In this document: positions 1-10,262 of the stretch, in pieces
How positions within the stretch are numbered: position 1 is the first letter of the stretch
How the letters are laid out: each line of letters starts with the position of its first letter
Source of the DNA: Bdellovibrionales bacterium
GTDB taxonomy: Bacteria > Bdellovibrionota > Bdellovibrionia > Bdellovibrionales > JAUICD01
Assembly: GCA_965197425.1 (NCBI GenBank)
Contig: CBDANC010000015.1
Location: forward strand, 96,001 to 160,000
Length of the DNA: 64,000 nucleotides
Direction: 5' to 3'
Notes under the pieces: model-generated
Told to the model about the DNA's origin: nothing
What the model saw: the letters and a program-made list of their open reading frames with translations, nothing else
Database searches by the model: none
Translations under genes and position numbers: made by a program

Positions 1-1
1 A

Positions 2-184
2 GCTAAACTTAAAAGAGACAAGGATTCTCAGAAAGTCACAGATATTATAGAAGCAGACAAAGCTGAAGCTGCTAAGTTTGGATTTTCTGGAACACCTGGG
101 TTTTTAATAAATGGTGTATCTATTAAGGGTGCATATCCTGCTGCTGAATTTCAAAAAGTCATAGACAGACATTTAGCTAACTAA
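2..184 (+). CDS. DsbA-family/thioredoxin-fold protein, C-terminal fragment (5' end outside window)
   Basis: Frame 2 reads ...EADKAEAAKFGFSGTPGFLINGVSIKGAYPAAEFQKVIDRHLAN*; GTPxFxING is the cis-Pro motif of DsbA-like proteins. Confidence 0.8.
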   Translation, partial: AKLKRDKDSQKVTDIIEADKAEAAKFGFSGTPGFLINGVSIKGAYPAAEFQKVIDRHLAN

Positions 185-198
185 AGTAAAGCTCTTCA

Positions 199-242
199 AG
201 TGAGTCATCAAAAAGTAAACTTGTTTGCTTTTTGGACTCACT
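199..242. repeat. Long hairpin, probable diverged member of the intergenic palindromic element family; may act as a terminator
   Basis: AGTGAGTC..CAAAAAGTAAAC-TT-GTTTGCTTTTTG-GACTCACT; the AC-TT-GTT apex is shared with hairpins near 49435 and 50940. Confidence 0.55.
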
Positions 243-465
243 GTTGCGCAGAGAACCGGCCCCCGTGAAACCCTTGTTTTGCCTTAAATGCTAGAGGTAG
301 AAATGAAACTGTGTCTTTGCATAGTTCTCAAGGAGGATCAGACAGTCCGGTAATCAGGTACCCCCTAGCGAGGGAGGTATTTGAGCATTGTTAGCGTTAC
401 AAAATTTTATTTTGTAAAAGATAGAACGCTTGTCGAACACTTTCACCCTTAGGGTGGTCGGGCAG

Positions 466-1443
466 TCAGGCGTTTGGAACTTTTAGGCAAGCAGCAATAT
501 GACGATCTCTTTTTGTATTTAGCTCTGGAATTTTTTTAGCACATTCACTGTCTGCAATACTACATCTGGGGTGAAATGAGCATCCTGTTGGTGGATTAAT
601 AGGGCTTGAGACATCTCCAGAAAGGATTATTTTTGCTTTCTTTACCTTTGGATCTGGTATTGGTATTGCTGACATCAGTGCTTTTGTGTAGGGGTGCTGT
701 GGATATTTATATAGGTCAAGGCTTTCAGCTAATTCCACGATTTTTCCTAGATACATCACTGCTACGCGATTTGAGATGTGTTCTACTACCTTTAGATCAT
801 GAGCTATGAACAGATAGGTTAATTCAAATTTTTCTTGCAGATCCATTAGTAGGTTCACTACTTGTGCTTGGACCGAAACATCTAGTGCTGATACTGGTTC
901 ATCGCAAACAATAAATTCTGGATTAACTGCAAGTACTCTTGCTATTCCTATTCTTTGTCTTTGTCCTCCAGAAAATTCGTGGGGATATCTGTTTATGGCT
1001 TCAAATCTTAATCCCACAATTTCCAAAAGTTCTTTTACTCTATCCATTCGGTCTTTTTTACTTTTTATTAGTTTGTGAATTACAAGTGGTTCTGAGATGA
1101 TATTTCCTACTGTCATTCTTGGGTTTAAACTAGCGTACGGATCTTGAAAGATGATTTGTATTTTTTGTCTAAGCTTTCTAAGTTGTTCCCCTTTATATTT
1201 AGTTATATTTTGGTTCCTATAGAATATTTCTCCTTGGTCACTTTCTAATAGTCTTACAATAATTCGGCCCAGTGTTGATTTTCCACAACCACTTTCTCCA
1301 ACTAAGCCTAAGGTTTCTCCTTTTTTTATATCAAAAGTTACTCCAGAAACTGCTTTGACACTAATTTTTTCTTTTGAAAAAATATTTGTTTTGATTTCAA
1401 AATTCTTACGTAAGTTTTTAACTTTGATTAAATTTTCACTCAT
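466..1443 (-). CDS. oppF: Oligopeptide/dipeptide ABC transporter ATP-binding subunit
   Basis: GESGCGKS, YPHEFSGGQRQR, DEPVSALD, C-terminal HPY and GCxFHPRC. Confidence 0.93.
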   Translation of the reverse strand: MSENLIKVKNLRKNFEIKTNIFSKEKISVKAVSGVTFDIKKGETLGLVGESGCGKSTLGRIIVRLLESDQGEIFYRNQNITKYKGEQLRKLRQKIQIIFQDPYASLNPRMTVGNIISEPLVIHKLIKSKKDRMDRVKELLEIVGLRFEAINRYPHEFSGGQRQRIGIARVLAVNPEFIVCDEPVSALDVSVQAQVVNLLMDLQEKFELTYLFIAHDLKVVEHISNRVAVMYLGKIVELAESLDLYKYPQHPYTKALMSAIPIPDPKVKKAKIILSGDVSSPINPPTGCSFHPRCSIADSECAKKIPELNTKRDRHIAACLKVPNA

Positions 1444-1444
1444 C

Positions 1445-2422
1445 TTAGGTACCTCTAGGAAAGTAACATGAAAATGTATGGGTGTTAGAGCTTCTAGATA
1501 GATCCGGATGTCTTTCTTCGCATTGTGTTTTGGCGTGATTACATCTTTTTCGAAAACGACATCCTGGCCCTATGTCTAGTAGGCTTGGTACCATGCCTGG
1601 TATAGCTTGTAATCTCTTTAATTTTTTGTCTGTTTCAAAACGTGGTACGGAGTCAATTAATCCTTTTGTGTAATGATGTTTTGATCTGTAAAAAATATCT
1701 TGTGCAGTTCCATACTCGATGATTTTCCCTGCGTACATAACCGCTACATTGTCGCAAGTTTCTGCTACAACTCCCAGATCGTGTGTGATTAGAATCATTG
1801 CCATGTTTAGTTTTTGTTGAAGTGTATTTATTAACTCTAAAATCTGAGCTTGTATTGTAACATCTAAAGCTGTTGTGGGTTCATCCGCTATTAGCAGTTC
1901 TGGACCTGAGCTTAAAGCCATTGCTATCATCACTCTTTGTCTCATTCCTCCGGAGAGTTGGTGTGGATATTCGCTCAGTCTTTTTTTTGCTTCTGGTATC
2001 CCAACTAGCTCTAGCATTTCTATTGTTTTGTCTATTACTTCTTTTCTGCGTAATTTTTTTTGATGTAATGATATGGCTTCTGAGATTTGATTACCTATAC
2101 TGAATACAGGGTTTAAACTGGTCATGGGTTCTTGAAAGATCATAGAGATGTGATTGCCTCTTATACCTCTCATCTCTTTTTCATTGATAGTTAATACTGG
2201 CCTTTTTTTAAATAAAATCTCGCCACCATATATTTTGCCAGGTGGTGATTGAATTAATCTCATTATAGATAGTGCGCTTACTGATTTTCCACAGCCACTC
2301 TCTCCTACCAGCCCCAAGGTTTTGCCTTTTTCAACTTTAAAAGAGATATCATCAACAGCGGTGAGAAATCCTTGGTCTATTTTAAATCCGACTTTTAAAT
2401 TATTAACTTCAAGTAAACTCAC
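1445..2422 (-). CDS. oppD: Oligopeptide/dipeptide ABC transporter ATP-binding subunit
   Basis: GESGCGKS, FQEPMTSLNP, YPHQLSGGMRQR, DEPTTALD. Confidence 0.93.
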   Translation of the reverse strand: MSLLEVNNLKVGFKIDQGFLTAVDDISFKVEKGKTLGLVGESGCGKSVSALSIMRLIQSPPGKIYGGEILFKKRPVLTINEKEMRGIRGNHISMIFQEPMTSLNPVFSIGNQISEAISLHQKKLRRKEVIDKTIEMLELVGIPEAKKRLSEYPHQLSGGMRQRVMIAMALSSGPELLIADEPTTALDVTIQAQILELINTLQQKLNMAMILITHDLGVVAETCDNVAVMYAGKIIEYGTAQDIFYRSKHHYTKGLIDSVPRFETDKKLKRLQAIPGMVPSLLDIGPGCRFRKRCNHAKTQCEERHPDLSRSSNTHTFSCYFPRGT

Positions 2423-2534
2423 AATAAACTACCTGCCGGGGATGTTACCATATGCAGCAAAAAAATATATAAGCAAGTGAAAAAAAAGCTAAAGAATGTT
2501 GACACATAGTGCTTTCGGGCATGACCATGGAACT

Positions 2535-3053
2535 ATGAGATGGATAGTGTTAGCGATTCTTATGTTTACTTTGCCAGCGATGGGTGCAAAGAGACCAAAT
2601 CAAGCAAAAAGAAAAATTTCTGTTAAACAAGAATTATTTGAATTCAAAGAACTTGAAACTTCATGGTGGAGAGCTCCTGTGCCTGCTAGTAAAAAAGGTG
2701 TGGCTTTGTTGTTTAGAGCCCCATTATCTAAGCAAAAAGATTTTCAGCCTATTATGACTGTAAGGGTTGGTAAAACCAAACAGGGCATAAATAATTATGT
2801 GGCTTCATGGATGGGTGACTATTCAAAATTAGGATATGATATTTTGGGTTCTAGGGCATTTAAGCACAACAGCCAAAGATCATATGTGGTAGATGTCAGA
2901 AACTCTTCTACTAAAAAACAAGCTCGTCAGGTGATCTTTTTAAAAAACAACAATACTGTGATATTAACCTGCATAGACAGAGTAGATACCTTCAAAAACT
3001 CTCTTTCTGAGTGCAATAAAATAGTAAAATCTTTTTCCTGGACCACTATTTAG
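2535..3053 (+). CDS. Hypothetical exported protein (possibly PsbP/DcrB-like fold)
   Basis: Signal peptide MRWIVLAILMFTLPAMGA; start moved to ATG 2535; fold is a guess. Confidence 0.65.
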   Translation: MRWIVLAILMFTLPAMGAKRPNQAKRKISVKQELFEFKELETSWWRAPVPASKKGVALLFRAPLSKQKDFQPIMTVRVGKTKQGINNYVASWMGDYSKLGYDILGSRAFKHNSQRSYVVDVRNSSTKKQARQVIFLKNNNTVILTCIDRVDTFKNSLSECNKIVKSFSWTTI

Positions 3054-3162
3054 GTTCCATAGCTTTAAAGACGATATATAAATGTTAAGGATTTATTCTT
3101 AAGTGTGGTGGAACTAGAGTTTTGATTGATTCAATCAGTGTTGGTAGGAGGGGTTTAAACAG

Positions 3163-3864
3163 ATGAGATGGATATTTTTCATACTGCTGCTTGCTTCCTT
3201 TGGTGCACAGGCACAAAACAAAGAAGCTAAAAGTTTTTTTATATCAGCTAAAGACGGTTTTCTTTTAGGTGGTCAGAAAACCAAAACAGTAGGTTCAGGT
3301 GCAGAGCTGGACTATGATAGCAAGATAAGCTTTGTTAACGGAGTGAATATTGGATATGTATTTAACTCCGTTGCACTCGATATGGGCATTTCATATTATG
3401 AAGCTATTTTGGATCTTAATGAATCTGGAAGTTTGCGAACACAATCAGTTTGCAGTTCCATAGGTTGTGTTGTGGGCGAGAGAAAGAATGTTTTGGTCTC
3501 GCTTGGTGGCACAGCATATTTTTTGAGTAACAAAAACTTAGTAAAGCCATACCTTACTCTGAGAGCTGGAATGAGCAGAAGCCATGTTATACTTAACTTG
3601 GGGGTAGATAAAACTGTTACCTCCGAACAGGGTATTGGTACTCGTGCAAACGCAGGTGTGGTGATATCTGATAGTAAAAGTTTTGTTCCTTTCGCTCAAA
3701 TTGGAGCAGGAATAGATCTTTCCTACGGTCTTGGTGTTGGCTATAAATTTATGTGGTTGGGGTCACACAGAGTTAATAAATTGTCAGGACTACAAGATGA
3801 ATTAGAGCTTAAAAACTCATTCAACCATATTGCTGAATTAAGACTAACCTTGCCTTTCAATTAA
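3163..3864 (+). CDS. Outer-membrane beta-barrel protein (OmpA/opacity-like)
   Basis: SD-like AGGAGG, signal peptide ending AQA, alternating beta strands (KPYLT, PFAQIGAG, LGVGYKF), C-terminal LRLTLPFN. Confidence 0.8.
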   Translation: MRWIFFILLLASFGAQAQNKEAKSFFISAKDGFLLGGQKTKTVGSGAELDYDSKISFVNGVNIGYVFNSVALDMGISYYEAILDLNESGSLRTQSVCSSIGCVVGERKNVLVSLGGTAYFLSNKNLVKPYLTLRAGMSRSHVILNLGVDKTVTSEQGIGTRANAGVVISDSKSFVPFAQIGAGIDLSYGLGVGYKFMWLGSHRVNKLSGLQDELELKNSFNHIAELRLTLPFN

Positions 3865-3869
3865 TATTA

Positions 3870-3931
3870 AAGGTCTTCCGAATTAAGCTAAAAACAAGTC
3901 ACCTTGTTTCTAGCCTCATTAACCTCACCTT
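3870..3931. repeat. Palindromic intergenic element (MITE-like), minimal copy
   Basis: AAGGTCTTCCGAA-GCTAAAAACAAG/CTTGTTTCTAGC hairpin-CTCATTAACCTCACCTT; both ends match other copies. Confidence 0.75.
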
Positions 3932-4048
3932 GTCTGGTATGTTTTTAATTTTTTTGGAAAAATTAAAAGATATTACTGTTGCCTGGTGGCGGGTGCCAGA
4001 TGCAGATAACAGATCCCTGATTACCAGATCCCAGATCTAATCTGGCGA

Positions 4049-4594
4049 TCAGTACAGAGCTTTAAATACCACTAGAGATTTATCGCCGTAAGTTTTTTTA
4101 CTTATCTGGGATAAATTTTGATATGACTCTTCCATGCTGTCATGTTTGCTTACTTGAATTGTTACCAAACCACTTTCTCTTACAACATCACTATTTGAAA
4201 CAGCTAACAGAATCTTATCTGATATTCTTTTTGTAAAAGGAGGATCAACAAATATAATATCAAACTTTTTATCACAAGCTTCTAGAAACCTGAAAGCATC
4301 TTGTTTATACACTGATATTGACTGTGATAGATTAAACTTTTCTATATTTTTCTTTATAATATCTATGGATTTTGTATTATTGTCTACAGCAACAATACTT
4401 TTAGCTCCTCTAGAAATTGCTTCTATTGACAAATTTCCTGTGCCAGAAAACAGATCTAGTATCTCTGCATCTTGTATATGAAAGTTTATAATATTAAACA
4501 AACTTTCCTTTACTGTATCTGACATGGGTCTTATATGTGAAAAATTAAAGCTTACAAGGGTTCTACCTTTTAGACTCCCACTAATTACTCTCAT
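4049..4594 (-). CDS. rsmD: 16S rRNA m2G966 methyltransferase
   Basis: MRVISGSLKGR, RP..D.VKESLFN, LDLFSGTG, DPPF. Confidence 0.93.
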   Translation of the reverse strand: MRVISGSLKGRTLVSFNFSHIRPMSDTVKESLFNIINFHIQDAEILDLFSGTGNLSIEAISRGAKSIVAVDNNTKSIDIIKKNIEKFNLSQSISVYKQDAFRFLEACDKKFDIIFVDPPFTKRISDKILLAVSNSDVVRESGLVTIQVSKHDSMEESYQNLSQISKKTYGDKSLVVFKALY

Positions 4595-5242
4595 TTAAAA
4601 TTCTTTTATACTAACAGTCATACCTTCTGTTGTGGGTAGTATAATGGAAGTATACTTTTCAGTGTCACTTAGTGTTTTGTTAAATTCTCTCATAACTTCC
4701 CAAGCTTGTTTAGATACATCTTTTGTTGGGTTATCTAAATATATATTCTCAAATAGATAAGTATTGTCCCCAATGATTAGGCCACCTTTTCTGATATACT
4801 TAGAGGCCCAATTCAAGTAATCCATGTATCCTCCCTTATCAGCATCAATAAATATTGCATCAAAAGGAGCAGAGCTTTTTAACAAGTTCAAACTATCTAA
4901 AGCATCTCCAGTCATTACTTCACAATTATTAAAACCAGATAAAGCTTTTTTGGCTAAACTTGCATGCTCAGGCTCTTGTTCAAGAGTCCATAATTTCCCA
5001 TCACTTCCCAATGCTCTTGCAATCCAAAGTGCAGAATATCCAGTAAATGTTCCAACTTCTATAACTTTTTTAGCGTTAATCATTTTCAAAAGTAATTCTA
5101 GAATTTTTCCTTCAACAAAAGAGATAGACATTTCTGGATGAATTTTTTCTGCGCTTTTTTTAGCAAAGTTAAAACTGTCATTTTCAATATTAAAAAGCTG
5201 TTTTAGGTACTTTGTTTTTGGTGAGGTTGCACTTTGTCTCAT
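4595..5242 (-). CDS. SAM-dependent O-methyltransferase (COMT/CCoAOMT-like)
   Basis: EVGTFTGYSA, FDAIFIDADK, GGLIIGDN. Confidence 0.9.
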   Translation of the reverse strand: MRQSATSPKTKYLKQLFNIENDSFNFAKKSAEKIHPEMSISFVEGKILELLLKMINAKKVIEVGTFTGYSALWIARALGSDGKLWTLEQEPEHASLAKKALSGFNNCEVMTGDALDSLNLLKSSAPFDAIFIDADKGGYMDYLNWASKYIRKGGLIIGDNTYLFENIYLDNPTKDVSKQAWEVMREFNKTLSDTEKYTSIILPTTEGMTVSIKEF

Positions 5243-5253
5243 TAAACTTCTCC

Positions 5254-7875
5254 TTAGATATTATCCTTTATGTATTTGCTTACAACTTCTTCACATTTAG
5301 TTAGTTTATTTATATCCAATACAAAACCTTGGGCTAAATTAGACCTACCACCTCCGCTGCCACCAGCAATTTTTGTTATAGTGTTTAAAATGTCACCAGC
5401 GTTTAATTTTAAATCTTTTGATACATTAACTATCAAAGGTGATTTTTTATCTTCTCCTACAACTACAACTACTCCTGAAGTGATTTTGTTTTTCAGTTTT
5501 TCTAGTGTGAGCATCAAATATTTTCTGTCATTTGATTTTATATGTACTAATAAAAACTTGTGATCTTTTATAGATTGAGCTTTTTTTACATATTGTTCTA
5601 TTTCGATTTTAGGTCTACTTGATATTTTTATTTTTTTCTTTAAATCTTTTTCCAGGGTTTTTTGCTGTTCTATCCAAGCTGGCATGACAAAATTGTTATT
5701 TTTGTAATCTTGCCAGCTATACTGAACTTGAGCTTTGTTTTTGCTCAAAATATTTTCTCTCGTGTTTTTAAGTAAAAACTTTGTACCTTCAATCCCTGCT
5801 ACTGCTTCTATTCTCCTAACGCCTGACTTTATACTACCTTCAGATACAATTTTAAAAACTTGAATACTAGAAGTGTTTTTAACATGTGTGCCTCCACACA
5901 ATTCAAATGAAACATCTCCCATTTTTATTGTTCTAACCACATCTCCATATTTTTCACCAAACATTCCAATGGCACCCTTTTTAATAGCTGTGTTATATTT
6001 CATTGTCTCATGTACAACATCTATTCCTTCAGAGACAATTTGGTTTATTTCATTTTCCATCAACATGATTTCCTCTTGGGTTACTTGTTTATCATGAGTA
6101 AAATCAAATCTTAATTTTTCATTAGTTACCTGACTACCAGCTTGCTTTATATGATTGCCCAAAACATTCTTTAATGCTGAGTTTAGCAAATGTGTAGCAG
6201 AATGATTATTTGCAGTTTGTTGTCTTGTGAGCTCATCTACTGCTAAATCAATTTTGGATCCAACCTTTATTGATTTACCTTCATTTACTTTTACCACATG
6301 AATAAAAACTCCTTTTCTTTTTATACAATCTTGTACTTGTGCAAGATCTAAAATTTCACCTCTATCTCCTATCTGCCCGCCGCTCTCAGCGTAAAAGGGA
6401 GTTTTGTCTAGGATTAAAAAACCTATTTGATTAGAGTCAAGCTTGTCCACTAATTTTTTAGTGTCAGAAATTGCTAACACCTTACCTTTGCATTTTAAGT
6501 GTTCGTATCCTACAAATTCAGTTTCTTTGTGTGCACCTATAAATTCCATAATATGTGTTTCATCTTTATTTATATGTTGCCCTGTCCAAGTTGATTTGGA
6601 AATCTTTTTGGCCTTAGACATATGCTCTAAAAACGATTTTTCGTTCACGGTAAATCCTTTTTCATTAGCAATAATTTTTGTTAAATCTATAGGGAAGCCA
6701 TATGTGTCATATAACTTAAAAGCAATTGAACCATCTAAAGTTTTACCTGGTGATTTTTCTAGAGCTTTGTTTAATAGCTCTTCTCCTTGCTCCAAAGTTT
6801 GAATAAACTTTCCTTCTTCATTTTTTGTAGCTCTCAATACCAAGGCTTTGTTTTTGTCCAGTTCTGGGTAAACACTGCTCATGTTAGAAATAACTTCATT
6901 TGCTAAGCTAGATAGTAAGTTGGTGTGGTTTGATAATTTTCTAGAATATCTGATGGCTCTTCTAATAATTCTTCTAAGTACATATCCTCTACCATCATTG
7001 GATGGCATAACTCCATCTGCTATCAGAAATGATATTGCTCTTGCATGATCTGCTAAGACTCTCATTGCTACTATAGTTTCATTATCTCTTCTATAGGATA
7101 TGCCAGTTATACTAGACAACTTATCTATTAGATATAAAAACAAATCTGTCTCAAAGTTTACATTTGTATTTTGCATAACAGCAGTTAGTCTTTCTAGACC
7201 AGCTCCTGTATCAACACATGGCTTTGGGATCTTAGTTCTTGAGTTTTCAGATTCATGAAACTGCATAAACACCAAGTTCCATATCTCCACAAAGCGATCT
7301 GTATTATCATCATTTATATTTTTAGCCTCCCCCTTTTCTGGATAATGATCGTAGTATACTTCACTGCAAGGTCCACAAGGGCCTGTATTACCCATCCTCC
7401 AAAAATTGTCTTTCTCACCAAATTTAAAAATTCTACTTGTAGGGATTTTTTCCTGCTTATGCCAAATATCAAATGATTCTTGATCATCTGTAAATACACT
7501 TATATACAATCTGTCTTTTTCTAACCCTAAAGTTTTGGTTAAGTAATCCCATGCATAAAAAATTGCGTCTTTCTTAAAATAATCTCCAAAGGAAAAATTG
7601 CCCAACATTTCAAAAAAAGTGTGGTGCCTTGCTGTATGACCTACATTCTCCAGATCATTGTGTTTTCCACCTGCACGTAGACATTTTTGATATGTGACCA
7701 CTTTATCTTCTTTAAGTTTTTCTAATCCTAAAAAAACATTTTTAAATTGATTCATTCCAGAATTTGTGAATAAAAGATCCCCACCATCAGGAACAAGAGA
7801 ACTACTTTTTAAATGTTTGTGATCATTTTTAGAAAAGTAGGATATAAAACTTTTTCTTACTTCATAACTCTTCAT
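5254..7875 (-). CDS. alaS: Alanine--tRNA ligase
   Basis: LLFTNSGMNQFK, RHHTFFEMLGNFSFGDYFK, HSATHLL, ELCGGTH. Confidence 0.98.
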   Translation of the reverse strand: MKSYEVRKSFISYFSKNDHKHLKSSSLVPDGGDLLFTNSGMNQFKNVFLGLEKLKEDKVVTYQKCLRAGGKHNDLENVGHTARHHTFFEMLGNFSFGDYFKKDAIFYAWDYLTKTLGLEKDRLYISVFTDDQESFDIWHKQEKIPTSRIFKFGEKDNFWRMGNTGPCGPCSEVYYDHYPEKGEAKNINDDNTDRFVEIWNLVFMQFHESENSRTKIPKPCVDTGAGLERLTAVMQNTNVNFETDLFLYLIDKLSSITGISYRRDNETIVAMRVLADHARAISFLIADGVMPSNDGRGYVLRRIIRRAIRYSRKLSNHTNLLSSLANEVISNMSSVYPELDKNKALVLRATKNEEGKFIQTLEQGEELLNKALEKSPGKTLDGSIAFKLYDTYGFPIDLTKIIANEKGFTVNEKSFLEHMSKAKKISKSTWTGQHINKDETHIMEFIGAHKETEFVGYEHLKCKGKVLAISDTKKLVDKLDSNQIGFLILDKTPFYAESGGQIGDRGEILDLAQVQDCIKRKGVFIHVVKVNEGKSIKVGSKIDLAVDELTRQQTANNHSATHLLNSALKNVLGNHIKQAGSQVTNEKLRFDFTHDKQVTQEEIMLMENEINQIVSEGIDVVHETMKYNTAIKKGAIGMFGEKYGDVVRTIKMGDVSFELCGGTHVKNTSSIQVFKIVSEGSIKSGVRRIEAVAGIEGTKFLLKNTRENILSKNKAQVQYSWQDYKNNNFVMPAWIEQQKTLEKDLKKKIKISSRPKIEIEQYVKKAQSIKDHKFLLVHIKSNDRKYLMLTLEKLKNKITSGVVVVVGEDKKSPLIVNVSKDLKLNAGDILNTITKIAGGSGGGRSNLAQGFVLDINKLTKCEEVVSKYIKDNI

Positions 7876-8302
7876 GTGCTATTCTTCTTGCTATGTTGCG
7901 ATCATACCCTTGTGAATATAAGAATCTAAAAATTTTGTGGATACTCCACTCGTTTAAGTTGGATTCTGATTTAGAAAACTTTCTTTTGACCAACTCTCTT
8001 GCCTTTGATAGCTCTAAATCTTCCTCAATTTTCACTTCAGGCAAACCTTTAGTAGATAGGTACTGATTTATGTATCTTCCGCCCTTGTACTTGGAGTTAA
8101 GTCTAGATGCCACCTTCCAGGACAGTTCTTTTGGGGGTATCAAGAATCCATGTTTATCCGCATGCTCTATTGCCTGTTCTACTTGTTCTAAAGAGAAGTG
8201 TTTGCCAAGCTTATCTCTTAGTTCTTTTACAGAGTGATCTCTTGTTGTCACATATCTTATCAATTTATCAAGTGCTTTATTTTTATCTGACATATTAGTC
8301 AT
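7862..8302 (-). CDS. recX: Regulatory protein RecX
   Basis: RDHSxKELRDKL, KGxRYIxQYLxxKG, KIFRFLYSQGY; overlaps alaS start; start placed at ATG 8302. Confidence 0.8.
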   Translation of the reverse strand: MTNMSDKNKALDKLIRYVTTRDHSVKELRDKLGKHFSLEQVEQAIEHADKHGFLIPPKELSWKVASRLNSKYKGGRYINQYLSTKGLPEVKIEEDLELSKARELVKRKFSKSESNLNEWSIHKIFRFLYSQGYDRNIARRIAHEEL

Positions 8303-8403
8303 TTTTATCTTTCCGATTAAGTAGTTACTATAATTTTCCCATAGTAGCAATACTTGATAATTATCTAAACACAAGTTTTATACTTTGTTTGATATTATAA
8401 AAG

Positions 8404-8880
8404 ATGTTAATAAAGCTTATGAAATTTGTGCGGCTTATTGTAACAGGTTTTTACTTGGGTTTTGCGCCTAAAGCTCCTGGAACAGTAGGCACTTTGCTCG
8501 GTATACCCTTGGTTATTTTGGCAGGACAGTTTGGAGACATATTTTATTTGTCCTTTGTTCTTTTGTTTATTATCGGTGCTATTTTTCTTGTTGAAATTTA
8601 CGAATCAAATTTAAGCACAGATGACTCCCCTGTAGTGGTAATTGATGAGGTGGCTGGTTTTTTGGTAAGCTTAAGTCTCATTCCTAAAAGTTGGGTTTAT
8701 ATAGTCATAGCATTTGTAATTTTTAGAACTTTAGATATCTTCAAGCCATTTCCTATATGTTATTTAGAAAGAAAGATAAAAGGTGGCATGGGCGTTGTGT
8801 TAGATGATGTATCTGCAGGATTAATAACCAATGCTTTCCTACAGATAATTTACCTAAATAACTTGTTTCTAATTAACTAG
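8404..8880 (+). CDS. pgpA: Phosphatidylglycerophosphatase A
   Basis: PKAPGTVGT, VVIDEVAG, FRTLDIFKPFP, GGMGVVLDD. Confidence 0.95.
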   Translation: MLIKLMKFVRLIVTGFYLGFAPKAPGTVGTLLGIPLVILAGQFGDIFYLSFVLLFIIGAIFLVEIYESNLSTDDSPVVVIDEVAGFLVSLSLIPKSWVYIVIAFVIFRTLDIFKPFPICYLERKIKGGMGVVLDDVSAGLITNAFLQIIYLNNLFLIN

Positions 8881-9050
8881 TTTTTAAAATAATTTCCTAT
8901 ATTCTGTAGGCGTTTTTCCCTTGTTTTAGATACTAAGGGCGTAAGACCTTATACTGAGCGTTAATTTTTCAGTCTGGTGTTAAAAAAGGTATTTTTAGTG
9001 GTGGGTTTATAGTAGGTATATGGCTAAATTAAGGATATATGGGAGGTGAC

Positions 9051-10094
9051 ATGCTTGAGACTAATCGTGCAGAAAGAAGGAAAGCTTTGGAAGTAGCCAT
9101 TGGTGCTATAGAAAAGCAATTTGGTAAAGGTTCTATAATGAAGCTGGGGGATAAAAAAAGCCCCTACCAGAACATTTCTACTATATCTACGGGTTCACTT
9201 TCGTTGGATATCGGGCTTGGTATTGGAGGAGTTCCAAGGGGCAGAATTGTTGAAATATATGGGCCTGAATCATCTGGTAAAACTACATTGGCCTTATCAA
9301 TAGTTGCTCAGTGCCAAAAGGCAGGGGGTACTGCTGCATTTGTGGATGCAGAACATGCTCTTGATCTTTCTTATGCAAAAAAAGTGGGTGTTAAAACCGA
9401 GGATATGCTTATTTCACAACCTGATACAGGAGAACAGGCTTTAGAGATAACTGAGACACTTGTCCGCTCTGGTGGTGTTGATATTTTAGTTATAGATTCT
9501 GTAGCAGCTTTAACTCCTAAAGCAGAGATAGAAGGTGAGATGGGTGATAGCCACATGGGTCTGCAGGCAAGGTTGATGTCACAGGCTTTAAGAAAGCTAA
9601 CTGCTGCAATTAACAGGTCTCATGCGACTGTAGTCTTTATAAATCAAATTAGAATGAAAATAGGCGTTATATTTGGAAATCCAGAAACTACCACAGGTGG
9701 TAATGCGCTGAAATTTTACTCTTCATTAAGGCTTGATGTTAGAAGATCGTCTGTCATAAAAGATGGTGATAGTATCAAGGGTTGTAAAACGACTGTTAAG
9801 GTTGTTAAAAACAAACTAGCACCACCGTTTGCAAAAGTAGAGTTTGATCTAATATACGGTGAAGGTATTTCACAAGAAGGTGATGTTTTAGACCTTTCTG
9901 TTTCCAAAAATTTAGTTCAAAAATCTGGTGCATGGTATAGCTATGAAGGGAACAAAATTGCTCAAGGCAGAGAGGCTGCTAAAGCTTATTTAAAAGAACA
10001 TCCTAATGTACTAAAGGTTTTAAAAAATAAATTGCTTATAATGCATGGAATACAATCTGTAGACGGTAGAAAAGCACCTACAAAAGAAAGATAG
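9051..10094 (+). CDS. recA: Recombinase A
   Basis: [37 protein letters not shown] before ATG 9051. Confidence 0.99.
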   Translation: MLETNRAERRKALEVAIGAIEKQFGKGSIMKLGDKKSPYQNISTISTGSLSLDIGLGIGGVPRGRIVEIYGPESSGKTTLALSIVAQCQKAGGTAAFVDAEHALDLSYAKKVGVKTEDMLISQPDTGEQALEITETLVRSGGVDILVIDSVAALTPKAEIEGEMGDSHMGLQARLMSQALRKLTAAINRSHATVVFINQIRMKIGVIFGNPETTTGGNALKFYSSLRLDVRRSSVIKDGDSIKGCKTTVKVVKNKLAPPFAKVEFDLIYGEGISQEGDVLDLSVSKNLVQKSGAWYSYEGNKIAQGREAAKAYLKEHPNVLKVLKNKLLIMHGIQSVDGRKAPTKER

Positions 10095-10140
10095 TAGAGC
10101 TTAAAGCAACGTACTGGGTTGGTCGGGGGTTAGTGTTGGT

Positions 10141-10246
10141 GCTCACCTTTGAGGATGAGTTTGATGACATGTGTATGACCGGGCAACCACCAGGCTTTGA
10201 AAGCAGACAGAGTCTTCTTATTTTTTGCCTCGTTAGGAAAACCTTT
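10141..10246 (-). repeat. Palindromic intergenic element copy
   Basis: Minus strand AAGGTTTTCCTAACGAGGCAAAAAATAAG...CCTGGTGGTTGCCC...AAAGGTGAGC. Confidence 0.7.
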
Positions 10247-10262
10247 AAACTCAGTGTTGATT

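Noticed and set aside
8954..8976. CTG...CAG upstream of recA as an SOS box
   Set aside because: Spacer is 13 nt, not the 10 nt of the E. coli-type LexA box
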